Source of the DNA: Anaerolineales bacterium
Lineage (GTDB): Bacteria > Chloroflexota > Anaerolineae > Anaerolineales > UBA4823
DNA length: 64,000 bases
Direction of reading: 5' to 3'
NCBI GenBank assembly: GCA_034430155.1
Contig: DAOUET010000048.1
Location: 8,953 to 72,952 of the forward strand
The position numbers and the translations under genes are program-made. Numbering within the stretch: position 1 is the first letter of the stretch; every line of letters starts with the position of its first letter. Below are positions 37,825-49,352 of the stretch, piece after piece. The notes under the pieces are model-generated. The model made no database searches, was not told the DNA's origin, and worked only from the letters and a program-made list of their open reading frames with translations.

Positions 37825-37860
37825 CTTAAAATTTTACCCGGCTATAAAAGCGCTATAGCC
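37825..37860 (-). terminator. Weak candidate terminator after the M50-like gene
   Basis: Minus-strand RNA: GGCUAUA, 7-nt loop, UAUAGCC, then GGGUAAAAUUUU. The stem is AU-rich. Confidence 0.35.
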
Positions 37861-37875
37861 CGATAATCAACGATC

Positions 37876-38676
37876 TCAGACAACTTTCGTACTGATCACC
37901 CTCATTAAAAGGTTCCTGAAAGCCCAGAAGGGAATTAGAAGAATCAAATGAATACAGGCGCTTATCCCAAATACAAGGGTTAGAGAATGTAATATTTGGT
38001 TTATAGTCGGAGCCAACCGTGAAATAAGCCAAGGACCAGCACCGGCCAATGAAGCCAGGCCAATAATAATTCCTGCCATGATAGCTATAGGTAACCAAGA
38101 ACGCCGATCAGAAGCAGATGGAAGCATTGTGCTGCTCACAGCAAAAGTCAGGTAAAACCACAACCAAAAATCAGGCCGGTCTGGCAATTTCATGAGCATC
38201 TCCACCAGGGCAATCCAATCACTACGGGCAAAACCATCCCACAAAGTCATAAGCCCCAACGGAACCAAACTGGCGTATATTACGAAGCCGCTGCCCGTTA
38301 GAAGAGGAGCGCTTCCGATGATAGCATCGCGCAGCACGTCCACATTTGCTGTCTCAACGAAACCCAATCGTAAACGACCGTCTGGGAGAGCTTGGGGCAA
38401 TAGGGAAAATTTACCAGTTTGGACCCCCAATAAACGCGCCGTAATGAAATGCCCAATTTCATGCAGCAGCACACCTGGCAAGAGCAATAATGAAAAAAGC
38501 GCCAGAGCAACGTCTACCCGGCGAGTGACCAACAAGAGTAATGCCTGAGTCTCAAAGTGCAGACGCCTCTGTAATAAGGTGAGCACCACCAATAGAATGA
38601 TAAGCCATGCAAGAGCTATGAACCCATCCACGAAATCACTGACCAGCCAGGTACCCCTGAGCTGCAGCTTGAGCAA
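37876..38676 (-). CDS. M50-like membrane zinc metalloprotease
   Basis: LLPGVLLHEIGHFITARLLG (HExxH inside a TM segment), 6-7 TM segments. The TTG start overlaps tpiA by 41 nt; an alternative GTG lies at 38631. Confidence 0.65.
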   Translation of the reverse strand: MLKLQLRGTWLVSDFVDGFIALAWLIILLVVLTLLQRRLHFETQALLLLVTRRVDVALALFSLLLLPGVLLHEIGHFITARLLGVQTGKFSLLPQALPDGRLRLGFVETANVDVLRDAIIGSAPLLTGSGFVIYASLVPLGLMTLWDGFARSDWIALVEMLMKLPDRPDFWLWFYLTFAVSSTMLPSASDRRSWLPIAIMAGIIIGLASLAGAGPWLISRLAPTINQILHSLTLVFGISACIHLILLIPFWAFRNLLMRVISTKVV

Positions 38677-39412
38677 TTTTAATGAACTCAGCGGCCTTCA
38701 AACTGGCGCCGCCCACCAAGGCACCATCAATATCAGATTGGAGGAAGAAATCAGCAGCATTCTCCGCCTTGACCGAGCCTCCATATAAAATCCTTACTGC
38801 CTCAGCCACCTCCTGCCCATATAATTCAGCTATTGACGAGCGGACGACCCCACCAATGACAGTATTTGCCCCCTGTGCTGTAGCAGCACGACCAGTCCCA
38901 ATTGCCCAAATTGGCTCGTAAGCGATTACCAAGGTGCTGCCATCAGTAATATCTATCCTGGCAAGCCCTTCCTTGATCTGGCGGAGAATCACCTCCTCGG
39001 TAAGCCTCGCTTCATTCTCTTGTAACGTCTCACCCACACAGACGATAGGCACAATGCCATGGGAAAGCGCAGATTGCACTTTACGGTTGACCGTGGAATC
39101 CGTTTCACCAAAATAAGCGCGCCGTTCAGAATGCCCAATGATAACGTACTTACATAGCTCAGCCACCATCGATGGCGATACCTCGCCAGTAAAGGCGCCA
39201 GCAATCTCCCAATGCATATTCTGAGCGCCTAAGGCAATATCAGTTCCTGCCAAAAGGGCAGAAACCGCCAACAAGGTAGTGAAAGGAGGACAGAGCACCC
39301 GGTCTATGCCTGAGACAGCCTGCAAGCCAGGCACCATTTCAGAGACTAAGTGGCGAGCTTCTGCCACGGTTTTATGCATCTTCCAATTACCTGCCACGAA
39401 TGGTTTACGCAT
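38636..39412 (-). CDS. tpiA: Triosephosphate isomerase
   Basis: FVAGNWKMHK, IIGHSERR, AYEPIWAIGTG and ILYGGSVK. Confidence 0.95.
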   Translation of the reverse strand: MRKPFVAGNWKMHKTVAEARHLVSEMVPGLQAVSGIDRVLCPPFTTLLAVSALLAGTDIALGAQNMHWEIAGAFTGEVSPSMVAELCKYVIIGHSERRAYFGETDSTVNRKVQSALSHGIVPIVCVGETLQENEARLTEEVILRQIKEGLARIDITDGSTLVIAYEPIWAIGTGRAATAQGANTVIGGVVRSSIAELYGQEVAEAVRILYGGSVKAENAADFFLQSDIDGALVGGASLKAAEFIKIAQAAAQGYLAGQ

Positions 39413-39491
39413 TTTTTTACCTCAATGTTTGGATGTAAAATAACTTTGAGAAGAGGGTGCAATTATATTAAATTTTCGTTCTCAGGGAAAT

Positions 39492-39533
39492 ATGCGGGTT
39501 TTCGCATTAGCTATGAAAGGCGAAAACCCGCAT
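39492..39533 (-). other. Intercistronic stem-loop between pgk and tpiA
   Basis: Perfect 14-bp stem: ATGCGGGTTTTCGC (39492-39505) pairs with GCGAAAACCCGCAT (39520-39533), 14-nt loop. It starts 29 nt after the pgk stop. No clean U-tract. Confidence 0.5.
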
Positions 39534-39561
39534 TCCGATTCAATAAATTAGCCAGGTTGCA

Positions 39562-40740
39562 TTACGACTTGTCTTGCAAGGCAGCAAGCCCAGGGAGTTC
39601 TCTGCCTTCCAGCATCTCCAAAGAGGCGCCCCCTCCAGTTGAGATATGGGTAATCTTGTCTGCCACACCCGCTTTTTGTACCGCTGCGACCGAATCGCCG
39701 CCACCAACAATCGATGTGGCTTTTGAGCTTGCAACCGCTTTCGCCAGGTTAAAAGTGCCTTCTGCAAAGCGAGGAAATTCGAATACACCCATGGGTCCAT
39801 TCCAGACCACCGTGCCAGCATCGGCAATCACCTTACCGAACGATTTCACTGTCTCCGGCCCGATATCCAATATCCTCCAACCAACGGGGACGGGACCCAT
39901 GGCCATCGTCTTTTTCTCAGCATCCTCTGCAAATTTGTCCGCGATGACCACATCCACAGGCAATCGGAGATGGTTGCCGCCCTCTTTGAGTAGTTCTCGA
40001 GCAGTCTCCAAGGCGTCATCCTCCACGAGGGAATCCCCTACCGGGTAGCCCTGAGCTTTGAAGAAGGTGTTTGCCATACCTCCACCGATGAGGACTTGAT
40101 CGGCATTCTTCAGCAAATTCCGGATAACACCAATCTTGTCACTGACCTTGGCGCCTCCCAAGATGGCGACAAAGGGTCGTTCTGGGTCCGCAATAGCCTG
40201 ACCCAGGTAGCGAATCTCCTTCTCCATCAAAAATCCTGCCACCGATGGCAGATAATGAGTCACACCTTCGGTTGAGGCGTGGGCGCGATGTGCCGAACCA
40301 AAGGCATCGTCGACAAACACCTGTGCCAGTGAAGCCATCTGTTTTGCAAGTTCAGGATCATTCTTAGTCTCTCCCTCGTGGAAACGGGTATTTTCCAGCA
40401 CCAGGACCTGCCCCGGTTTGAGGGAGCTGGCAGATTTCTCTGCAACAGGACCGATACAATCCTCGGTAAAGGCAACTGGCTTCCCAAGCAGATCACTGAG
40501 GGGTTCAACAACCGGTCGAAGGGAAAATTCTGGCTTTGCTTGACCTTTTGGCCGTCCTAAATGGGAACAAAGGATCAAGCTGGCGCCCTGATCAAGCAGG
40601 TAATTAAGCGTTGGCAGGGCAGCCCGGATGCGAGAATCATCAGTCACCTTGCCGTCCTTAACGGGCACGTTGAAGTCAACCCGCACTAACACGCGTTTGT
40701 CTTTTACATCAATATCTTTAACCGTCTTCTTGTTAAACAT
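39562..40740 (-). CDS. pgk: Phosphoglycerate kinase
   Basis: [18 protein letters not shown] and GGGDS motifs. Start at ATG 40740 (MFNKKTV). Confidence 0.95.
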   Translation of the reverse strand: MFNKKTVKDIDVKDKRVLVRVDFNVPVKDGKVTDDSRIRAALPTLNYLLDQGASLILCSHLGRPKGQAKPEFSLRPVVEPLSDLLGKPVAFTEDCIGPVAEKSASSLKPGQVLVLENTRFHEGETKNDPELAKQMASLAQVFVDDAFGSAHRAHASTEGVTHYLPSVAGFLMEKEIRYLGQAIADPERPFVAILGGAKVSDKIGVIRNLLKNADQVLIGGGMANTFFKAQGYPVGDSLVEDDALETARELLKEGGNHLRLPVDVVIADKFAEDAEKKTMAMGPVPVGWRILDIGPETVKSFGKVIADAGTVVWNGPMGVFEFPRFAEGTFNLAKAVASSKATSIVGGGDSVAAVQKAGVADKITHISTGGGASLEMLEGRELPGLAALQDKS

Positions 40741-40808
40741 ACAGCCCTCCAGACCAAACATTGCCTAGGGTAAGGTGGAAGTACCGACTTCCCTTGTTTA
40801 CCCTAACC

Positions 40809-41879
<1,071 letters not shown>

Positions 41880-41937
41880 TTAATATCGGCAGCTGCCGAA
41901 TGATTTGCGAGAATACGCTATTCGCCCACTAAAGCAT

Positions 41938-43275
41938 TTATTCTATCAAAGGACCAGTCCTCTCATGCAGTAAATCGATCAAGGCCTTGGCAAGTTTTGC
42001 AGAATCATGGCGCCAGGGACTGGCATGATCCACCAGATCAGCCCGATAGACTGCATAATCTGCATCCAAATCAGTTTCGGTCGATACCCATTGGATCCCC
42101 TCTGGCAAATCGTCATAGATCTCGCGATTGGCGACCACCAGATCGAAAAGACCGCTACCAGCATGGTCTTCGATAGCCCGAATGTGATCCCCACATGTGT
42201 ACCCATCCGTCTCCCCCGGCTGTGCTGCCACATTACATACGTAAACCTTAAAAGCGCGGCTTGAGCGAATCGCGGCGCAGATATCGGGTACAAGCAAGTT
42301 GGTTAAAATGCTGGTATACAGGCTTCCGGGACCGATCACGAGCATGTCTGCCGCCAGAATAGCTTGAATGGCCTGTGGAAAGGCTTGTGGGGAATTGGGC
42401 TCCAGCCAAACACGGCGCACTTTACCGTTGCTCTTGGGGATCCGGCTTTCTCCTTCCACCCGCACTTCATTCAGGCGATAAGGCAACATTACATCGGCGA
42501 CCAGACGGACATCGTGTAAAGTGGCGGGCAGCACACGCCCACTCACCGACAGCACCCGCCCAGATTCAGCAATGGCTTCTTCGAAACTGCCGGTAATTTC
42601 TGCCAGCGCGGTGATAAATAAATTGCCAAAAGAATGGCCATCCAGCCCGATCGTTCCATTTGGAAAGCGGTACTGAAAAAGCTGCGCCAACATGGCCTCA
42701 TCATTGGAAAGCGCGGCCAGACAATTGCGAATATCGCCGGGTGGCAGAATGCCTATCGAACGTCGCAGACGCCCTGATGAGCCACCATCATCTGCCACCG
42801 TGACAATAGCCGTGATATTGTTACTATATTCCTTCAAACCGCGCAGCAATGTTGATAGGCCGTGACCCCCACCAATCGCCACAATTCGAGGGCCGCGCTC
42901 TTTACGGCGGTGCACCGCCAAGGCATCTACCACGTGACGCCCAGTAGGTAAGAACGGCGCCATCAAAGCACGATTCAAACCCCAAATGCCCCCTAAAATC
43001 AAAACTACCCCAATACCACCAAAAATCAGAACACGCACCATACGTGGCAAGAATCGCAGGGAGGCAGCTGAGACCAGCGGTAGCCACCAAGTTTCCGGGG
43101 CGGTGCGATAAAAATCTAATAATAAAAGTGCCAGTCCTACCCCAGTTAAAGTTATTCCAAACAGAAGTGCTCCCAGCCAGCGTTTCACCCCCAATCCTGG
43201 AATCAACCACCGGGAACTATGCGCAATACTTTCCTTTAATCGTTGGATCTTGGAGCTGGATACATTCTTCTCCAT
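41938..43275 (-). CDS. YvcK/CofD-family (UPF0052, gluconeogenesis factor) protein with an N-terminal membrane extension
   Basis: IVAIGGGHGLSTLLRGLK, VTVADDGGSSGRLR and IGPGSLYTSI. The first 110 aa or so carry 3 predicted TM segments. Confidence 0.85.
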   Translation of the reverse strand: MEKNVSSSKIQRLKESIAHSSRWLIPGLGVKRWLGALLFGITLTGVGLALLLLDFYRTAPETWWLPLVSAASLRFLPRMVRVLIFGGIGVVLILGGIWGLNRALMAPFLPTGRHVVDALAVHRRKERGPRIVAIGGGHGLSTLLRGLKEYSNNITAIVTVADDGGSSGRLRRSIGILPPGDIRNCLAALSNDEAMLAQLFQYRFPNGTIGLDGHSFGNLFITALAEITGSFEEAIAESGRVLSVSGRVLPATLHDVRLVADVMLPYRLNEVRVEGESRIPKSNGKVRRVWLEPNSPQAFPQAIQAILAADMLVIGPGSLYTSILTNLLVPDICAAIRSSRAFKVYVCNVAAQPGETDGYTCGDHIRAIEDHAGSGLFDLVVANREIYDDLPEGIQWVSTETDLDADYAVYRADLVDHASPWRHDSAKLAKALIDLLHERTGPLIE

Positions 43276-43494
43276 ACATGGTGATCATAGCAGCCTTTTG
43301 GAGAGTCGTCAACGGTTACACGCTGACAGCTGATTTTTGGGGAAAGGATTATCGTAAGGCTGCGTGCGATACTGGCTATGACCATAAAGATAAGAAGAGG
43401 TGCGGAAGTCTGCTATATGCATGGGGGCTAAACAAAGCAACACACCAAATCTCTTTGTGGCGAACCAGTGCGAAACCCGAACTCCTGTTAATTA

Positions 43495-43503
43495 TGCTAT
43501 ACT
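43495..43503 (+). promoter_or_regulatory. Extended -10 box TGCTATACT, 7 nt upstream of the glucokinase ATG
   Basis: TGCTATACT at 43495-43503, TCAATTT spacer, ATG at 43511. No SD. Confidence 0.35.
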
Positions 43504-43510
43504 TCAATTT

Positions 43511-44491
43511 ATGAGCGCCTTTATAGCTGTCGACATAGGTGGAACGCACATGCGCGCCGCCAGCTACCCAAAAGTTGGGCGCGATCCAATTAAAATTAAG
43601 CGGATTTCAACCAGGGCTCCCAACGCAACCCCCCTGGAGCAGTTAATTTCGCTGATAAACTCCATCTGGCCAAACGATCAAGAAGTCTCTGCGATTGGCG
43701 TAGCCGCCCCCGGACCCATCAATCCTTTTGAGGGGATCATATACACCGCGCCGAATATACCGGGTTGGCAAGACATGCGCCTGGTGAAAGAACTGGAGCG
43801 CGAATTCAAAGTACCGGTGTTCTTGGGAAACGACGCAAACCTGGCCGCAATGGGGGAATGGTGTTTTGGTGCGGGCCAGGGTCACCACCACCTTATCTAT
43901 ATGACAATCAGCACCGGAATTGGCACTGGCATCATCGTCAATGACAAGATGCTGTTGGGTTCACGCGGCCTGGCAGCAGAGCTTGGTCACGTAACCGTGA
44001 TGTCTGGTGGACCGGTCTGCGGTTGTGGAAAGACCGGTCACCTGGAAGCGGTTGCCTCCGGAACGGCTATCGCTCGTTGGACAAAAGAACAGCTGCAGCA
44101 AGGTGTTCCATCAAAGATATTATCTGAGGATGACCTCACTACCGAAAAAATCGCCGAGGCCGCAAGAAAGGGAGATGACCTGGCAATCTCTGCCTTCAAT
44201 CGCGCCGGTCAGTTTATTGGCCAGGCTGTAGCAGACTTTCTGCATATTTTCAACCCTTCTATCGTAATAATAGGAGGTGGCGTATCGAGCAGCGACGATT
44301 TAATCATGGACCCGATTAGAGCCACTTTAATTGAAAGAGTGATCTCTTCACATTACCTTGAAAACCTGACAGTGACTATCGCAGATCTGGGAGATGAAGT
44401 TGGACTGCTGGGAGCGCTAGTTCTAGCCCGTCAGAGTTGTCAACAAAAACCAGACGCATCCCAGCCTGCTCCTGTAGAATACGCCCTCTGA
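43511..44491 (+). CDS. ROK-family glucokinase
   Basis: IAVDIGGTHMR, GNDANLAAMGE and a CGCGKTGHLE zinc motif. Start at ATG 43511. Confidence 0.85.
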   Translation: MSAFIAVDIGGTHMRAASYPKVGRDPIKIKRISTRAPNATPLEQLISLINSIWPNDQEVSAIGVAAPGPINPFEGIIYTAPNIPGWQDMRLVKELEREFKVPVFLGNDANLAAMGEWCFGAGQGHHHLIYMTISTGIGTGIIVNDKMLLGSRGLAAELGHVTVMSGGPVCGCGKTGHLEAVASGTAIARWTKEQLQQGVPSKILSEDDLTTEKIAEAARKGDDLAISAFNRAGQFIGQAVADFLHIFNPSIVIIGGGVSSSDDLIMDPIRATLIERVISSHYLENLTVTIADLGDEVGLLGALVLARQSCQQKPDASQPAPVEYAL

Positions 44492-44531
44492 TAAGGCCTA
44501 TTGATTACATGCGACTACCCGAGTCTGATTT

Positions 44532-46253
44532 ATGCCGCAATTGAATAAACGCTGGAAGACTGCCCCGCGCTTACCCCCTGAAGTTGACAACTTATTACAC
44601 GGTTACCCCCCGATCTTGCGACAAATCCTTTTCAATCGGGGCTACCCTACTCCGGAAGCAGCAAGTCAATTTCTGGAAGCCAAACAACCACCGGGTACTA
44701 ACCCCTACAATATGTTGGGCATGTCTGAAGCTGTTGAGCGCCTGGAAAGAGCTATATTACACGGCGAAAAAGTAATTATTTACGGGGATTATGATGTCGA
44801 TGGCGTCACTGCCACGGCTCTATTGGTAGAAGCCCTTAAATTACTGGGAGCTCGGGTGGAAGGTTATATCCCTAATCGTTTCGATGAAGGCTATGGATTA
44901 AACATCGAAGCCCTCGAAAAACTCAAAGAAGAGGGGACCGACCTGATCGTCACAGTTGATTGCGGTTCCCGCTCGCTAGATGAGGCCGACCATGCTCGCC
45001 TAATTGGCCTTGACTTGATTATCAGCGATCACCATCATCCAGGAAAGGAATTGCCAACCGCCAGAGCAATAATCAACCCTCACCAACCCGGTGATGAGTA
45101 CCCTGAGAAAGAGTTGGCGGGGGTGGGTCTAGCCTACAAACTTACCAGCGCCTTGATCGACCATCTCTACGCCCAAGGAAATACCAGGGCGAACACCCTG
45201 AGCACTGAGCCCTTCTTAGACCTGGTCGCATTGGGAACGGTAGCTGATTTAGCCCCGTTGATCGGGGAAAACCGCGCTCTTGTGCGCACTGGCATCAAAA
45301 TTCTTCAAGAAACTCGCCGCCAGGGTATCCGCTCCCTGATCAGAGTCGCCGGACTACAGGAGAAGCAAATCAAAGCTTCGCACATCGGTTTTGTCTTGGG
45401 ACCACGCCTGAACGCGGCAGGACGTCTGGATACAGCCTTAGACGCTTTAGCTCTAGTCACAACCACAGACTTAGCTGAAGCCGGTTTATTGGCACAACGA
45501 TTGGAAGGACAAAACCGCGAACGCCAGCAGATCACCCACCAAACCCAAGAGCAGGCTGAACAACTCGCTCTCGCAGAGAATCCCAACCCATGGTTGCTTT
45601 TCGCGGCTCATCCGGAATTCAATCCCGGAGTTGTGGGGCTGGCTGCCTCACGGCTGACCGATTTGTATTATCGACCAGCCATCGTCGCCCAGATAGGTAA
45701 GGAATACACACGCGCATCTTGCCGGAGCATCCCTGAATTTCACATCACAGAGGCGCTGGACCAATGCGCTGGTCTACTGCTACATCACGGTGGTCATGCA
45801 GCTGCAGCAGGATTTACAGTCACAAACCACCACCTTGCTGAGCTGGTCAAACAGCTGCAAGCAATTGCCAGCGAGCAGCTCTCAAAAATTGACTTACGCC
45901 CGACGCTGATCGCCGACACTGAAATCCAGCTATCAGACCTTAAACCTGAACTAATCGACTATCTGGATTGGCTTCAACCAACCGGCTATGGCAACCGCCA
46001 GGCTCTATTTGTTTCGCGAGATCTCCAGGTGAAAAGTTCCCGCACCGTCGGTAGAGACCAGGCTCATTTGAAAATGTCTGTGACAGATGGGTGGACTACC
46101 TGGAACGCGATCGCCTTCCGCCAGGGTCATTGGCAAGAGCATCTCCCCCACAGGGTGGACCTAATGTACAATTTTGAATTGAATGAATTTAATGGTCGCA
46201 CCAGCCTACAGCTCAACGTGCGCGATCTGAAACCCACCAGCCAGACAAACTAG
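44532..46253 (+). CDS. recJ: Single-stranded-DNA-specific exonuclease RecJ
   Basis: IYGDYDVDGVT, TVDCGS, ISDHH (DHH) and GGHAAAAGF (DHHA1). Confidence 0.9.
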   Translation: MPQLNKRWKTAPRLPPEVDNLLHGYPPILRQILFNRGYPTPEAASQFLEAKQPPGTNPYNMLGMSEAVERLERAILHGEKVIIYGDYDVDGVTATALLVEALKLLGARVEGYIPNRFDEGYGLNIEALEKLKEEGTDLIVTVDCGSRSLDEADHARLIGLDLIISDHHHPGKELPTARAIINPHQPGDEYPEKELAGVGLAYKLTSALIDHLYAQGNTRANTLSTEPFLDLVALGTVADLAPLIGENRALVRTGIKILQETRRQGIRSLIRVAGLQEKQIKASHIGFVLGPRLNAAGRLDTALDALALVTTTDLAEAGLLAQRLEGQNRERQQITHQTQEQAEQLALAENPNPWLLFAAHPEFNPGVVGLAASRLTDLYYRPAIVAQIGKEYTRASCRSIPEFHITEALDQCAGLLLHHGGHAAAAGFTVTNHHLAELVKQLQAIASEQLSKIDLRPTLIADTEIQLSDLKPELIDYLDWLQPTGYGNRQALFVSRDLQVKSSRTVGRDQAHLKMSVTDGWTTWNAIAFRQGHWQEHLPHRVDLMYNFELNEFNGRTSLQLNVRDLKPTSQTN

Positions 46254-46265
46254 ACTTTCAGCCTA

Positions 46266-46949
46266 TCAATCCACCAATCGATATTTCCATAAAGTCCACA
46301 CCGCATGGAAGGCATCTTTGATAGTTATTTTTTTTCCTTCCACATAATCGCGGGGATTGAAAGTGATCGGAACTTCGAAAATGCGCACTTTGCGTTTAAG
46401 AATTTTAGCGGTAAATTCTGGTTCAAAATCGAAACGATCCGCTTTCAGGTTGATGCCCTCGACAACCTGGCGTCGAAATACTTTATATCCGGTTTCCATG
46501 TCAGTCAAAATGGTGTTAAATAGGACGTTTGTCATCAGGGTTAAGAATTTATTAGCCACCATATGCCAGAACATCGTCGGTCGTCGCGGACCACCGAGAA
46601 AACGGGAACCATAGACGACATCCGCCAGGCCCTCCTGGATGGGCTTTAATAATGTCGGGTAATCGCGAGGATCATATTCCAAATCCGCATCCTGGATAAT
46701 GAGGACCTCCCCGCGGGCGTTTTCAATTCCGGTTCGGATAGCTGCACCTTTGCCTTGATTGTGTTCATGGAAAAAAGGTCGTACGATCCCTTTCCCACCC
46801 ATGTCCTCCAACGCTTTGCGGGTACCGTCTGTCGAACCATCATCTATCACCAGGATTTCATCAGCAATATTAACGGCCTCGACTCGTCGCAGGATTTCCG
46901 GAATAGTCTTGATCTCATTGTAGGCAGGGATAATCACGGAGATTTTCAC
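46266..46949 (-). CDS. Family-2 glycosyltransferase (polyprenyl-phosphate sugar synthase-like)
   Basis: ISVIIPAYNE, VIDDGSTDGT and IQDADLEYDP. Confidence 0.85.
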   Translation of the reverse strand: MKISVIIPAYNEIKTIPEILRRVEAVNIADEILVIDDGSTDGTRKALEDMGGKGIVRPFFHEHNQGKGAAIRTGIENARGEVLIIQDADLEYDPRDYPTLLKPIQEGLADVVYGSRFLGGPRRPTMFWHMVANKFLTLMTNVLFNTILTDMETGYKVFRRQVVEGINLKADRFDFEPEFTAKILKRKVRIFEVPITFNPRDYVEGKKITIKDAFHAVWTLWKYRLVD

Positions 46950-46999
46950 GCCATGGATTATATCAGCCTCTCTTATTTAAAAGCTTTTGAGGTAAAAGC

Positions 47000-47027
47000 T
47001 TGCCAGTAACATGCAGCGTGCTATAAT
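47000..47027 (+). promoter_or_regulatory. Sigma-70-like promoter upstream of the AAA+ ATPase gene
   Basis: TTGCCA (47000-47005), 16-nt spacer ending in TGC, TATAAT (47022-47027). An AAGCTTTT/AAAAGCTT inverted repeat abuts the -35. Confidence 0.5.
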
Positions 47028-47135
47028 CTCCACAACACACAATAACGATATGATAAATGTTTTACCTGGAAATGATTTTCGGTAAATTCAAGAACAAATA
47101 GCATTAATAACGCCTTGGGATTTGGAGGACCTTAG

Positions 47136-48479
47136 ATGAACCCTAAACCATCCAGACCCGGATCAGCATCCATGACCGATGATACAGTTAATGGATTTTA
47201 TCCTCCCGCAATTAACCGGATAGAAGACACGGGGCTTTCTTCGCTTTGGTTACAGGACCTGGCCTTGAAAATCCTTTATTTTCAAGGTTATCTGACTGGA
47301 TTCAAGATCGCAGAAGAAATCTCATTGCCCTTCGCAGGGGTAATGGATCAGATTTTGGAAGCACTAAAGCGAGAGAAGTTCGTCGAAGTCAAATCGTCTC
47401 AAATAGGATTGGGGGAAGGTTCATATCAGTATGCCATCACAGGCGCAGGCATTGCGCGTGCCCGTGAGGCTTTAGAGCGTAGCCAATATGCTGGACCTGC
47501 ACCTGTCCCGCTTCAAGCTTATTACAGTTCAATCCTACGACAAAGCCGGGGGCGTACGACCGTCTCGCACAACGCTTTGCGGAAAACGCTCTCCCAGCTC
47601 GTACTTTCAGAGAAGACCTTCAACCAAATCGGTCCTGCCGTGAATTCTGGCACTTCGATCTTCCTGTATGGCCCACCCGGCAACGGCAAGACCAGCATCG
47701 CCCGCGCAATCGGTGGCATGCTCTTGAACGAAAGCATGTACATCCCATACGCTATCTACGTTGACGGGCAAGTTGTAAAAATCTATGATTCTGTCAACCA
47801 TAAACTAGCAACTGAAGGTGGAATCCTCAACGAAAGCACCGCAACCCTTCGTTTGGGAGCCAGACGGGACCCACGGTGGATACGAATACGCCGACCATTT
47901 ATCGTTACAGGCGGTGAACTCACCCTGGCAGGCTTGGACTTGGTATTCGACGATGTAAATAAATACTATGAAGCGCCATTTCAGGTCAAGGCCAATGGGG
48001 GCATCTTACTTATCGATGACTTCGGCAGGCAACTGGTACGGCCACGCGATTTGCTCAACCGTTGGATTGTACCCTTAGAAAATCGCATTGATTACCTAAC
48101 CTTACATACAGGTCGCAAAGTTGAAGTACCTTTCGATGTCCTGGTGATGTTTTCAACCAACCTACCGCCGAAGGACCTGGTTGATGAAGCCTTTCTACGC
48201 CGCCTGCGGCACAAAATCGAAGTCGGAGACCCCGACTATGATCATTTTCGAGAAATCTTCCGCCGTGTTTCGGAAGATAAAGGTGTCACCTTTACGAATG
48301 AAGGATTAGCTTATTTACTACAGGATTGGTATATCAAACCAGGCCGGAAGCTGCGCGCTTCCCACCCACGCGATCTTTGCGACCAGATCCTTGATATTGC
48401 TCATTATCTTACTGTGAAACCCGCCCTTACGATCGAATTAATCGACCTCGCCGCAGAATCCTACTTTGTAGAATTGTAA
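47136..48479 (+). CDS. AAA+ ATPase with N-terminal winged-helix-like domain (family unresolved)
   Basis: Walker A LYGPPGNGKTSIARAIG, Walker B GGILLIDDFGRQ and VMFSTNLPPKDLVDEAFLRRLRHKIEV. The N-terminus FKIAEEISLPFAGVMDQILEALKREKFVEV looks wHTH-like. Confidence 0.75.
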   Translation: MNPKPSRPGSASMTDDTVNGFYPPAINRIEDTGLSSLWLQDLALKILYFQGYLTGFKIAEEISLPFAGVMDQILEALKREKFVEVKSSQIGLGEGSYQYAITGAGIARAREALERSQYAGPAPVPLQAYYSSILRQSRGRTTVSHNALRKTLSQLVLSEKTFNQIGPAVNSGTSIFLYGPPGNGKTSIARAIGGMLLNESMYIPYAIYVDGQVVKIYDSVNHKLATEGGILNESTATLRLGARRDPRWIRIRRPFIVTGGELTLAGLDLVFDDVNKYYEAPFQVKANGGILLIDDFGRQLVRPRDLLNRWIVPLENRIDYLTLHTGRKVEVPFDVLVMFSTNLPPKDLVDEAFLRRLRHKIEVGDPDYDHFREIFRRVSEDKGVTFTNEGLAYLLQDWYIKPGRKLRASHPRDLCDQILDIAHYLTVKPALTIELIDLAAESYFVEL

Positions 48480-48548
48480 GGGAACGGATCACGCAATCGC
48501 CCTTTAACCTACCCACCGCCGAGATTGTTTTCCTCCGTCCGCCATTGC

Positions 48549-49307
48549 ATGTTCAATCAGTTGCCTAAGCCCGCGATTTTCGCACACCGGGGGGCCAGCA
48601 CGCACGCCCCGGAAAATACCATGGCAGCTTTTAACCTAGCTATTCAACAGAAAGCCGATGGTATAGAACTAGATGCTAAATTGAGCGCCGACGGATATGT
48701 TGTCGTTATCCACGATCAAGGCGTCGAGCGCACGACTACAAGCAATGGACGCGTAAAGGACTTGCCACTGGCAACATTGTTAGAAATGGACGCGGGCTCA
48801 CATTTCGACATCGAATTCAAGGGTGAGCCAATACCCTCTCTCAACAAAGTCTTCGAAGCCTTGGGAGGCCAAATATTTATTAATATTGAACTAACCAACT
48901 ACACCTCCCTGTTCGACCAGTTGCCTGAAAAGGTGGCCGATCTGGTGATACGCCATGACTTGGCGAAAAGCGTGATGTTTTCTTCTTTTAACCCGGTAGC
49001 CTTACGCCGAATCAAGCGCTTATTGCCTGGAGTGCCCTTAGGATTGCTGGCGCGCGGCCGCAACCAAGGAGCGATAGCCCGTAAACTGGGGAAGTACCTG
49101 GTTCCTTACCAGGTTCTGCAACCTGCCTGGTCAGACGCTACCCCAGAACTTATCAGACGAGTTCATCTTGCCGGGCGACAAATATTCGTCTACACTGTAA
49201 ACCAAGCTAAAGATATGCGCGAAATGTTACTTCTTGGAGTAGATGGCATTTACACAGATGACCCACTATTAGCGCGGCGTGTAATAGTAACCGCCAGCCC
49301 CGGGTAA
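48549..49307 (+). CDS. Glycerophosphodiester phosphodiesterase
   Basis: IFAHRGASTHAPENT, GIELDAKLSADG and VIHD. Start at ATG 48549. Confidence 0.85.
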   Translation: MFNQLPKPAIFAHRGASTHAPENTMAAFNLAIQQKADGIELDAKLSADGYVVVIHDQGVERTTTSNGRVKDLPLATLLEMDAGSHFDIEFKGEPIPSLNKVFEALGGQIFINIELTNYTSLFDQLPEKVADLVIRHDLAKSVMFSSFNPVALRRIKRLLPGVPLGLLARGRNQGAIARKLGKYLVPYQVLQPAWSDATPELIRRVHLAGRQIFVYTVNQAKDMREMLLLGVDGIYTDDPLLARRVIVTASPG

Positions 49308-49352
49308 ATATGAAAACAGATATTCTAATTAAATTGGTTTTATTAATGACCG

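Noticed and set aside
39350-40048. 232-aa plus-strand ORF
   Set aside because: It is antisense to pgk and to the tpiA 5' end. It is Ser/Ala/Pro-rich, as expected of a shadow frame of a conserved gene.
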